Assembly: GCA_028534125.1 (NCBI GenBank) | Contig: CM052816.1 | Span: forward strand, 62,250,001-62,314,000 | Source of the DNA: Lama glama | Taxonomy: Eukaryota | DNA: 64,000 nucleotides | Direction: 5' to 3' | Part shown: positions 1 through 10,399 of the stretch, piece by piece | Numbering within the stretch: position 1 is the first letter of the stretch | How the letters are laid out: every line of letters begins with the position of its first letter | Program-made: the position numbers and the translations under genes | Notes under the pieces: model-generated | Told to the model about the DNA's origin: nothing | The model's database searches: none | What the model saw: only the letters and a program-made list of their open reading frames with translations

Positions 1-30
1 ATATATTTTTCAAATTCTTCTACTTTACAG

Positions 31-495
31 ACTTACCTCAACTACCTTTATACATTTGCCCTCCTCTTATTTCTATTCTGTATGAACCGTACCAGTTAGT
101 CAAATGGGCTCAATAATGTCCTGAAAACTCTTCATCTTTTCCTACTTAATAAGCATTGTACATTGGCAGATAGGGCGTCTTGTATTTTGTTTTGGTTTGG
201 AAGTTTTATCCATTAAAAATGTCATCAATAATACAAAAGAAGATTGGATCAGATTTGGGGCTATCATATTAATTTTAACAGGTTTTACTGTCCTGATAGC
301 CTCTGAAGAAGAATCAGCTAAACCATCAGCAGTAATTGCAGTACTTGGCATAGAAGGAGGAATTTGCCGTATTTCTCAGGACACAAAAGAAAATTTGCAC
401 CAACTTAGAACTGCAGGAAAACAAGGCTTAAGAACTTTTCCCACAGTTAGTGATATGCATGTGAGAATTCTGATTCTGATTGAAATATTGTATAG
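31..495 (+). pseudogene. Exon A of a putative decayed TM+TIR gene (hydrophobic, multi-TM-like, 155 codons)
   Basis: Acceptor ttcttctactttacag|A (29-30) and donor TAT AG|gtaata (496); 465 nt, phase 2-2. In-frame TGA at 83-85 and 122-124, then open for about 124 codons with hydrophobic segments such as WIRFGAIILILTGFTVLIA. Confidence 0.55.
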
Positions 496-557
496 GTAAT
501 ATGTTCTATTAGTGCCAAACTGAATCTGAAATATTAACATACAGTTGTAGCATTTTT

Positions 558-1890
558 TAACATTTTTTATTGATTTATAATCATTTTACAATGTTGTGTC
601 AAATTCCAGTGTTCAGCACAATTTTTCAGTCATTCATGGACATATACACACTCATTGTCACATTTTTTTCTCTGTGAGTTATCATAACATTCTGTGTATA
701 TTTCCCTGTGCTATACAGTATAATCTTGTTTATCTATTCTACAAGTTTGAAATCCCAGTCTATCCCTTCCCACCCTCCACCCCCCTGGCAACCACAAGTC
801 TGTATTCTCTGTGAGTCTATTTCTGTCCTGTATTTATGCTTTGTTTTTGTTTGTTTGTTTGTTTTTGTTTTTGTTTTTTAGATTCCACATATGAGCGATC
901 TCATATGGTATTTTTCTTTCTCTTTCTGGCTTACTNNNNNNNNNNNNNNNNNNNNNNNNNNNNNNNNNNNNNNNNNNNNNNNNNNNNNNNNNNNNNNNNN
1001 NNNNNNNNNNNNNNNNNNNNNNNNNNNNNNNNNNNNNNNNNNNNNNNNNNNNNNNNNNNNNNNNNNNNNNNNNNNNNNNNNNNNNNNNNNNNNNNNNNNN
1101 NNNNNNNNNNNNNNNNNNNNNNNNNNNNNNNNNNNNNNNNNNNNNNNNNNNNNNNNNNNNNNNNNNNNNNNNNNNNNNNNNNNNNNNNNNNNNNNNNNNN
1201 NNNNNNNNNNNNNNNNNNNNNNNNNNNNNNNNNNNNNNNNNNNNNNNNNNNNNNNNNNNNNNNNNNNNNNNNNNNNNNNNNNNNNNNNNNNNNNNNNNNN
1301 NNNNNNNNNNNNNNNNNNNNNNNNNNNNNNNNNNNNNNNNNNNNNNNNNNNNNNNNNNNNNNNNNNNNNNNNNNNNNNNNNNNNNNNNNNNNNNNNNNNN
1401 NNNNNNNNNNNNNNNNNNNNNNNNNNNNNNNNNNNCCCCGTCCTCCGCCCGGCTTGTGCAGCCTGGCCCTGCCCGCCGCTGCCGGCCCGCGTCTCAGGCT
1501 GGGTGTCGGGGGGGAACGCTCTGTTTCTGTTTAACTTAGTTCTGTCAGACAAGGGCTGCTCTGTACAGATCCGAGCCTTGGAGGCTCCCCCTCCGTCCCG
1601 CTGGCCTCTCAATTGGAGAGGGGAGACCCAGCGAGCGAGCACCAGTCCTCCTTTGCCGCTCCCTCCCCGCGGGACCCGTCCCGCGCTGCTTTGCCTTTTG
1701 TTCTTTCTTTTTTCCTTTTCTCCTACCAGATTTTTGGCGTCTTAATCTTTTGAAGAGGGTGATGTTCTGTCGGAGTTCCGCAGGTTCTCTGGTTGGCTGA
1801 GTGGGTCTGTAGATGTGGGTCTTGGTGTATTTGTGGGAGAGGGTGACTTAGGAGCATCCTTCTACTCCGCCATCTTCTCAGTCTCTCTCA
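558..1890 (-). mobile_element. Young, probably full-length L1; its interior is lost in an assembly gap
   Basis: L1 3'UTR and polyA at 558-935. GC/CpG-rich 5'UTR at 1436-1890 begins GAGAGAGACTGAGAAGATGGCGGAGTAG on the minus strand. TSD acagtt(g/t)tagcattttt at 541-557 and 1891-1907, with a TT/AAAA endonuclease site. Confidence 0.9.
936..1435. other. Assembly gap (500 N)
   Basis: Exactly 500 N. Confidence 1.
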
Positions 1891-1944
1891 ACAGTTTTAG
1901 CATTTTTAAGCATCATAGTTTAATTTTGATCTGTATTGCTTCAG

Positions 1945-2047
1945 AATTGATTTGAATTCTGGGGATACTGTGCTAAAATTTCTTTTCATTTGATTCTTAC
2001 CGAGTCATGTACCTTTTGATGCTTCAGTGTATTATGCAGAAAACGAT
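1945..2047 (+). pseudogene. Exon B: (R)IDLNSGDTVLKFLFI*FLPSHVPFDASVYYAEND, containing a TIR box1-like FDAxVYY
   Basis: Acceptor gtattgcttcag| and donor GAT|gtatgt; phase 2 to 0, continuing the exon A frame. One TGA at 1991-1993. Confidence 0.6.
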
Positions 2048-2833
2048 GTATGTTTGTGATGGTATTATTTGTGATTTAAGTGTATACGTTACACAGTGTT
2101 TCCAGATAAAATGACTGCATTTAGTCTGGAATCATTTCTGAATGAAATACATATATCGTTTTCCTTTCATTGTTGCTTTAAAACCACTTTATTTTTACTG
2201 TCTATTATGACTCTGGCTTGAGTAAGACTAAGAAAAAATAGATAATATACAACACTGATCATTACTGTCTAGTCTAGCAAATCTGATGAAGTTGTAAGGT
2301 ATAGCAATGGGATATTAAATATTTTTAGAAGTTCTGAGTTTTTCACCCTAATGAAATAGACAATGTAGACTTTTATGCATTTTGCTTACCTATTATCTCT
2401 TCAATTAAGTTTTTTTCTTACTGGAAAGAAATGAGATGGAATATTGCAGAAATGACCAATAAACAGTGACAAATTATTTTGAAATAGTTTAAAGCCAGAT
2501 TGGGCCAAATTATAATGGGTTTAAAATTAATTGATAAAATAATCATCTTTCTAATGTATCTCATCTCTGAAAGTTTTAAGTTTATAATTTTTGAAAATAA
2601 AATATACCTTCTGCCTCTTCTCAGCCACAAGCTGTCCCTGCCATAATTAGGGCAAAGAGACATTGTTTCCTAGGGAGGTCATGTGTGCCTTTCTTTCCCT
2701 ACTTTGTAGAAGGAAAAAGACACGCCCAAAGTAACCATGAACTGTAAAATCACTTGTTACTATGGGGTGGAGGTTTGTCTGGTAGAAAGAACTGAGGCTG
2801 TGCAATTTCCACTTAATTTCCCTCTACTTTTAG

Positions 2834-2912
2834 CTTTAGTCACAAGCAGAAATGGATGTATGGATGCACATATGTACTGATTATCTCTGAGTCCACAACA
2901 GGAAGCAGACAG
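2834..2912 (+). pseudogene. Exon C: L*SQAEMDVWMHICTDYL*VHNRKQT(G)
   Basis: Acceptor ttccctctacttttag| and donor ACA G|gtatag; phase 0 to 1. Stops TAG 2837-2839 and TGA 2888-2890. An alternative in-frame acceptor would start the exon at 2840. Confidence 0.55.
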
Positions 2913-3052
2913 GTATAGAAAATTTTCCGTGCAACAGCTGTAGCTTTCATTTGAATAATCAGATACTAGGTAGATTTTTGAATTCTCTTTTTAAAATAGA
3001 AGGAGTATATAGATTGCGAGGTAATAAAAAAAATTTATTCTGTATTCCTCAG

Positions 3053-3120
3053 GATATGTGATTGGCATTGGAGAGGAATTTCGGTCATGGTCAAAACTTG
3101 AATTGGGCACAACTTGTAGG
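3053..3120 (+). pseudogene. Exon D: (G)YVIGIGEEFRSWSKLELGTTCR
   Basis: Acceptor tctgtattcctcag| and consensus donor AGG|gtaagt; phase 1 to 0, fully open. Confidence 0.65.
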
Positions 3121-3465
3121 GTAAGTGTGCATTCATTCTGCAGTGAATAGTCAGCATGGACTATTTTTGTTTGTTGAATGCATGAATGACTGAGGAGAAC
3201 TTTTAACCACTTGGTATTGTTGGGTTTTACTGTGTGAGGCTGTACTATTGTGTATGAAAGTTGCAGGAGTAGAGGGAAATGCAATCCAGGAGGTTAAAAC
3301 CAAAGGGAGCCAATTCAGAGAGAAAAACTGAAACAAGAGCATCGGATAAGGTAAAGAGAAAAGATAGGATGTAATGAAAAACGGAGTATCACTTGGCTAC
3401 ACTATAACTGTTTTCTTTAACAATTTATTGATATTAACTCTGAACAAATACCCAATATGTTATAG

Positions 3466-3602
3466 ATAAAAATTTTTTACTTGGGAAAGATGGCAGTTAT
3501 GAAGTGTGAAAGGTGGAATATTTTACTTGGGAAAGACTTTCAAGTTGTATCAGTAAAATAGGAATCCCACAGTTAAGAGTTATTTGCTTAGAAAGGTAGC
3601 AG
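3466..3602 (+). pseudogene. Exon E: IKIFYLGKMAVMKCE[1-nt frameshift]VEYFTWERLSSCISKIGIPQLRVICLER*Q (TIR betaC-alphaC-betaD-like)
   Basis: Weak acceptor atgttatag| and donor CAG|gtatga. Length 137 nt is one short of a multiple of 3. TAG at 3597-3599. Confidence 0.5.
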
Positions 3603-3946
3603 GTATGATGCTTTAACAAGTGTGTTACGTTAAATGCATATTAATTCAGAGCTAAATAAGAATTTATAACTTTCTTGGGGAACACTTTATAATGCAGATA
3701 TACAGTATAAAATAAGAAAGTTAAAAATATTTAAGAGAACATTTTAAGCAAGCTTCTCGAGTCATTTATATACAGACATGCTTATAAACCTTTAAAGCAC
3801 AAGGTTACACTAGTTGAGGCTTCATAAAGGTTTTCCCTAATTATTCTTGGATTGATGAGGTTAATGGTAATTTCTACTTTTCATAGCCTTGCAATTTACC
3901 ACTCTACTTACTTGAAGTTTTCTGCATTTCACTTTCTTCCCTCCAG

Positions 3947-4078
3947 CAACCTACTTACTCATCACTTTCTATCAGGCCTCAATTCAGCATCCAACTTCAT
4001 TTTATTTTCCTGACATACGATATACATTGGGGGCAGGCTTCCTGTTGGGAGCAGGGATGTGCTGATGAAAGCATCTAA
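3947..4078 (+). pseudogene. Exon F (putative terminal): QPTYSSLSIRPQFSIQLHFIFLTYDIHWGQASCWEQGCADESI*
   Basis: Strong polypyrimidine acceptor ttttctgcatttcactttcttccctccag|; open for 43 codons in phase 0 to TAA 4076-4078. Loose similarity to the TIR C-terminus. Confidence 0.4.
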
Positions 4079-4219
4079 TTTTGGTTTTTATTTTTTAATT
4101 AGATTGTCAGTCTTGTGTTGAAGAAGAGAGATCTGTATTAATTCACTCATTCAGATGTATTAAAAAAGATTTAATGACCCAAAAAGTGCAAGCGGGTAGA
4201 AATAGGAAGTGGTAAAGAC

Positions 4220-4645
4220 CATTAGTTTTCAAACTTACCACATACTAGATTTAACTTAGGGAACTTTTAAGAATCCTTATTCCCATACCAATTAAATCAG
4301 TGTCTGGAGTCTGACCTAGGCATTAGTATTTTTAGGAATTCCCCAAGTGTTTCTATTTCGCAGCCAAGTTTGAAGAGCAGGGACATGTATCTGGGGTTGG
4401 GCTTTTTTTTTTTTTTTAATGTGTGAAAATACTCTGTGAGGCCCACAAAGCCAAAAATAGTTACTATTTAGCTCTTTACAGAAAAAGTGTGTTGGCTTCT
4501 GATACAGATCACTGTGTCTCCTCAGTAGCATTGGTACTGCATGAGAGCTTGTTAGAAATGTGGAATTTCAGGCCCTATCCCAGACCTGCATTTTAACAAG
4601 GTCTCTAGGGCTTCCCGTGGACATTAAAGTGTGAGAAGCACTGGT
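4220..4645. mobile_element. Cluster of old hAT-Charlie MITEs (MER5/MER58-like)
   Basis: Typical motifs such as gttttcaaactt...gcagccaagtttgaagagc, ctctttacagaaaaagtgtgttggc and gcttgttagaaatg...aaagtgtgagaagcactg. Boundaries approximate. Confidence 0.6.
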
Positions 4646-4809
4646 GCACATCATGTTGAAGATAATATTTATTAAGTATTAAGCTCTTTGATACTTTTCT
4701 GACACAGGTAATCAAGGTGGACTACACAGTTGACACATTTTTCAGTTTTATAATCCTTTTACCAAGGACTATTTTTATATTTCTTAACCCCCACACAGAG
4801 ACTTCCTAG

Positions 4810-5320
4810 TGTGATGAATTAAATACTTACTCCATTAGAATCTGATTCCCCTGTCCTTACATCTGGACTGGCCTTAGTGACTTTCTTGGTCAATAGAAAG
4901 CAGAAAATCCAGGACCTCGGAGGCCGTGATAAGCAACTTTGCAGCTTCTGCCTGGGTTTTATGCACAGTCCCTCTGGGAGTCCTGAGCTGCCGTGGAAGA
5001 GGTCTGCCCACCCTGAGACTGCCCTGTCAGCGAGGCCACAGGTAGGTGCTCTGTTGTGCCAGTTTAGCTGAGCCTAGTTTCAGGCCCTCCCTCCTAAGAC
5101 ACGAGTCATAGGAGTGGAGCTGTCCTGGACCCTCCAGACCAGTCTATTGCTGGTTGAATGTCACCAGGTGACTTCTGTTGATACCGTGTGGAACAGAAGA
5201 AGAATCCAGCTGAGCGCTGTCTGAATCCCTGATCCACAAAACAGATGTAATGAAATGACTGTTTTCTTAAGCCATTAAATTTAGAGTAGTTTGTTATTCA
5301 ACAGTAGATAACCAGACCAC
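4810..5320 (+). mobile_element. MaLR (MLT1-like) solo LTR
   Basis: MLT1-type 3' end: cttaagccattaaatttagagtagtttgttattcaacagtagataaccagac. Confidence 0.7.
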
Positions 5321-5469
5321 CTATGTAGAACATTTTAAAACTTTTATGGTACTAGAGAAGAATTAAGTTATACTATAAACTTTTGAGTTTATCCTGATAG
5401 GTCATTTTGTATAAATAGCCCAGAGATGAACTTCAGTGAGGGAGCAGTTAAGGGAGCATACATACCATG

Positions 5470-8290
5470 TGTGATGGCTTGGGGGCATGTCAGCTGGGCT
5501 CGGCTGAACTACCTTCCCCAGAGCTCCCTTTCCAGTACGTTTCTGGGTAAGCGGGCAGAAGAGTTACTGTTTCACAGGGGTTGGAGGAGGGAAGGAAGGC
5601 ATTAGCTAGTTTGTAGGATGTACACATCTTCTCTTAACTACTTAATGAAACACTGATGTAGCTTCTGCTGTGAAGGGATTTTTCAGGCATAAAGCTCCAA
5701 ATCAGTTATTAAGGAGATCATCCTGGATGGGCCTGACAATCAGTTGAAAGGTCTTGAAGAGGGCTTCGACCTTCCCTAGAGAAAGAAAGAGAATCTACCT
5801 GTGGACAACAGCTTTTGCCATTGTTTTCGGAACCCAGGCCTTTTGTGTTCTTCCATTTCTTACTGCCTGCCCTGTGGGCTCTGGATTTTCTTAACCAGTT
5901 ACCAAAACTGTGTAAGCCATTTCAATTCCTTGTTATGTTTATGTGTATATACACACAAACATACATATGTATTATTGGTGTACATAAGTATGCATCGATA
6001 CATAGATTTTTTTTACTGGTTTTGCTTGCATGTTTGGATCTTGACAGATTTTGGTGCCAGAAGTGGTACCAGAGGAACAATCACAAGGATGAGTTCTCTA
6101 AATTGGTTCTTATTTTCTGGAAATGTGTCTCTAATCTAAGATTTGGAGGCACTAGTGATCCTGTTTCCAGTGGTGCAAAGGACAGTGTGGTAGCTCACGG
6201 CATGACGTGGCAAAAGAGTTGCTGAAGCGATCACCTTTGGATACCTGTAATTGAGTCCCTACAGAAGGTGAGGCTCAGGGAGCCTAAGCTATTCCGGAGC
6301 ACTTCTGTCAAAATAAGGGCTATAATGCTGTTGGTTAGTTACTTCTAATTGCCCAGGAGAAAGTGAGCAACGAAAAAGATGAGCCCAGGGATGTAAATTC
6401 CTCTCAGTCTCTGCATCAGTGACCTGAAAGCTGCTTTATCTGCCCTCAAAGAAACCTGGTTCTGTAGCTGTACAGCCGTAGCTATAGCGTTTCTGAAAAC
6501 CAAAGCCAGAGTTGCCTCCTGCAAGTGGCTAAATTACAATGCAAATTGAATTCCCGACCACCTCTGTTAAAGTTTGGCCCCTAACTGGGAAGGAATGGGT
6601 GCCTGCAAACAGGAGTGAGGACCTATGGGTAGACTGATAAAGCTGGAGGATCTGGACCTCCCAAAGAGAACGGAGTCATCTTCGCCAGCAGAAGCATCCC
6701 TTGCATTTCTGCCTGAGGAAGTGTGATAGTTGATTTTGTGTCAGCTTGACTGGGCTTCCCAGTATCTTCCCAGATACTGATCAGATATTATTCTAAGTGT
6801 TTCTGTGAGGATGTTTTTGGATGAAGTTGACATTTAAATAGGTTGGCTGAGTAAAGCAGATTGCCCTCCATAATGTGGGCAGGCCTCATCCAGTCAGGCC
6901 TGAATAAAAAGAGAGACCGACCCTCCTCTGAGTAGAGAATTCTGCCTGACAGCCTTCAGACTGACACATTACCTCTTCATGGTTCCATAGAATCCTTCTG
7001 GCCTTCAGACTCAAACTGCGATTTGGCTGTTTCTGGTTCTACAGCAGCTTCTGGGATTTGGTCTTGAGCTGGGACAATGGCTCTGCAGATGTGGCATGCA
7101 TCAGCCTCCAATATCTCATGAACCAGTTCCTTGTAATTAACCTTTAAGTAGATAACCTATTGGTTCTGTTTCTCGGGAGAATTCTGTCTAATATAGGAAG
7201 ATAGCCCCCTTTTACCTGAAGAACCCTGAGTGGTCTCCCCTGAGGTGGCTGCTCGCCAGGCACTCCTGACCTTCCTCCTCAGGACCTACTTTCCAACAGT
7301 CCTTTTTGTTTTTAGATCTATAACTAGATAAGCTGCAGCAGTTCTCAAAAGATGAGGTGCTAGTTGTGACTCATGAAGAGGTGTGATACACACAAAAAAC
7401 TGATTTTTTTATTTTTTATAGATGACATCTAGGGGATATGTGAGAATGGATATTAAGAGTGTGTGATCAAGGTGGAAGGATTATAAAGTTGAGTCATGCT
7501 GAATTTACTGATACAGGCTCACTAACCAGGATTCAGTGTTTTAACTGAAGGAGTTAGGAAGGGCTCTGACGAGTTGGTTGGTTAACTGGCTGGACCCAAA
7601 AGGTGGTCTACATTAATAGAAGTTGAAATGCCATCTTATGTTGTACAGGAAGGTGTCTGAAGGCTTCGGGAGACTGCAATGCTAGAGTGTATTCATCCTG
7701 TAAGGCCTGCTCTCCAACCCTGGAAAGACACACCTTTCACAACAGCTGTGGAAAATAAATTTGTTGGGGAGCCTCAGTACCCTTGAAAAGCTCTGTGCTC
7801 TCTTTTCTCTTTAGGTCAGAAATTACAGAGGAAACTGCTGCCACTGAACTGGGATTGCTAAATGCAGTGGAGATAATGGGATCCTGGGATGTCAGGGGCA
7901 AAATGGTGGCACTTAACTGCCAAAGATGAGGTGTGCATTGTTACCATAATAAACAATGGAGTCAAAATGGTAGGTAGACTAGTCTGACTTGCAGAGACTT
8001 AGGGGGTTGGCTAGTTATCATGAGATTCCTAGACTAGGAAAAGATGGCTAGCCTTTTAAATTCGTACTTGATCTGTAGGAGCAGAGGAATTCTAGTCTAC
8101 TGAACAGAAGTCCTACTTGAATTACCAAAACACAGAATCAGTTTTCTATAAATTCCAGGTTTGAGCCAGTTAACCGACTCAGACCCCCAGATGTTTCTAC
8201 ACCACCAAAAATATATACTGTTACCCTTTCTCTGTCTTCCCTCAAAGGGACCTATAGTCCTTACCAGGGTGATGATGAACTGGAGAAAGG
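5470..8290 (+). mobile_element. Degraded ERVL provirus, 5' part: LTR, PBS (gattttggtgccagaagtgg at about 6047), gag remnants and start of protease
   Basis: MLT2-like LTR start tgtgatggcttggggg and an ERVL-type PBS. Ends at LTRVMMNWRK, which resembles the ERVL protease N-terminus FTRVTVHWGK. Confidence 0.75.
6722..7195 (+). mobile_element. MLT2-like solo LTR nested in the ERVL internal region
   Basis: Starts tgtgatagttgatttt and ends ctgtctaatata; 5-bp TSD GGAAG at 6717-6721 and 7196-7200. Confidence 0.85.
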
Positions 8291-9572
8291 TAATTCTGGG
8301 GAATGTAGTTTAGCCTAGCCAATCTGTCATCCCACGAAGCCATCAGAGTCCACCCCTTGTCAACTTGGTACCCACATATATCTTAAACCATATCCTTAAA
8401 CAGTACTGTCTAACATGATACAGCTATCCCGTATACAACTGCAAACATGCCAGCTCTTCCTATGCAAGAGGATACAAAGTCCTTGGGTGATGTTTCTCAT
8501 CTCCTTTGTAATTTAAGTACTAAAGATTAATTATATCAACTTTGTGATATAAAGGTAGCTGTTACTAACATATGAGATGATAAGAGGATAAGACAGAAGG
8601 AGAAAATATTTGGTTAATATTTATACAGACATACTCATATCACAGTCCATCAATCAGTACAGACATTTATCTCGCAGGAAACATGAACAGCCTAGGGCAC
8701 TGCTTGAAGCTCTGCCCACTGAGAGGATTTCCTTCATCACCACCCTTCAGGGAGGTCCAGAGGAGAGCAGTAGAGTGTCAGAAGTCCACTTTTGAGTGGT
8801 ACCTACAAATCCTGTAGAACTCTTTGTAAATCAGGTCTGTTATACTCCTCAGTCATCTGGCCTTAGGTGTGAAGTCATAGGTATGGGCCGAGAGAGTGAA
8901 GGTAATGTAGCAAGAACAGCATCCATGAATATTTGGGCTACTTCTTCAAGCAACTTACTTGTGCCTTCAGGGCCTCATTTGATAATGGAGTGCTGCTGTG
9001 CACACCCAGCATTATGGCTTGGTGGGTCAGATGGCACCCAGTTTATGATGGGTAAATCAGGTATTATGGTAACTTAGTGGGCCATGGCCAAATGTTAATT
9101 CTCTACTTAAGGCCCAGTAGCAGGCAAGCTGTTTCTCAAAAGTAGAACAGTTATCCACAGAGGATGGTGTGGCTTTCCTCTAAAATCGTAACAGTCTGTG
9201 CTGTGGTGTACCTCTTGAAGCTCGCCAAAGTTGTCAAACAGCAACACCATCTACCTCTGACTATTCAAAGACCAGTGGATGTGCTGGATCATATGGCCCA
9301 AATGAGAGAGCAGTTTGCATGGCAGCATGGACCTGTCAGAGGGCCTTCTCTTGTTCTGGACCCACTCAATACAGGGAGCTTTTTGAGTCATTTGGTAAAT
9401 GGGTCAGAGTAGCACACCCAGATAAGGCATGTGTTACTGCCAAAATTCAAAGAAGACCTGTGAACTTTGTTTCTCTTTTTGAGTGATGGGGGTCAGCTGT
9501 CACCCCTTATCCTTCATCTTGGAAGGGATATCTTGACATAGTACAGACCAATGGACTTCCGGAAATTTCACA
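8291..9572 (-). mobile_element. Inverted ERVL segment: pol (RT/connection) remnant, PPT and start of the 3' LTR
   Basis: Minus translation VKFPEVHWSVLCQDIPSKMKDK...FWQ*HMPYLGVLL*PIYQMTQKA resembles ERVL pol. PPT aaggggtggact is followed by sequence homologous to the LTR start at 5470. Confidence 0.8.
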
Positions 9573-10399
9573 CAGAAGGGATGCCTCTGAATTTTTTACT
9601 GCTGTTAGAGGAGTCCCTGAATTAAGAACTGGACTTCTTAGAAGGTGTTGTGGAAGAAATACAGGCTCAAGAACTAGGTGTATGTGAGTTTGATTCCTGG
9701 GTATATCACTTGGTGGCTGTGTGACTTGAGAATGCTCCTGTAGCCCATGCTTTCTTTTTTAAAGGGTATTACATTTAAGGGCATTAAGTATATTTAGCTT
9801 ATAGATCCAGATCTGTAACTGATAATGTATCACTGACATAATAAGTACATATGGGGAATCAATTTTGTTTCTCTGAGAAATCTGTTTTTATAATACTATT
9901 TTACTTCATGTATAATTAACAATTTTTGAATAATTTAGGAATGAATGAATAGAGCTTATAAGTCACCAGTTGCTTGGGAAATAGCTGCAGTTTATTTTAA
10001 AGTTCTTAAAATATTGCTCCCCCATATGTGTTCTGTTAATTTTTCCTCCCTTGTATTTTAAGGAGATGATATTTTCCCCTTATACCATATCGTTACTTTG
10101 AACAATAACTTAGTGATTGTAAATATCCACCTTTATGTCTGTAAAGTAACACTGAGCTTTGCCGACAATGTTGTTTCACCAAGATACTAGTTATATGTCA
10201 CTAGACTGCAAGCATAATTTATTTATGTTTTTTAATATATGAGCAAAAATTGATTTGTGTTTGTAAACTATATTTAATTTTTAGCTTTCTGGATTTAATG
10301 ATGTCTAATGCATGCTATTTTCTTGCACAGATACAATTTTAAACACAGTAAGAGCAGTATTAGAATAAAAATCTGTATCCTTTCATACTTAGAACATCA

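Noticed and set aside
836..1745. Long ORFs spanning N runs (also 30909-31621 and 61992-62537)
   Set aside because: Artefacts of translating 500-N gaps; the flanks are L1 or non-coding.
1436..1890. GC/CpG-rich patch resembling a gene promoter CpG island
   Set aside because: It is the 5'UTR of the TSD-flanked L1.
1945..2020. YRIDLNSGDTVLKFLFI resembling an ADF-H/cofilin strand
   Set aside because: The similarity is short and does not extend; the TIR interpretation explains far more sequence.
2106..2221. Possible extra plus-strand exon (tttccag|ATAAAA...TTGA|gtaaga) of the TIR-like gene
   Set aside because: It needs a 58-nt intron, has three stops in the required phase, and would break the ungapped box1 alignment between exons B and C.
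1945..4078. MYD88 retrocopy or simple duplicate
   Set aside because: Introns are present, the TIR is split over more exons than I recall for MYD88, there is no death domain and identity is low.
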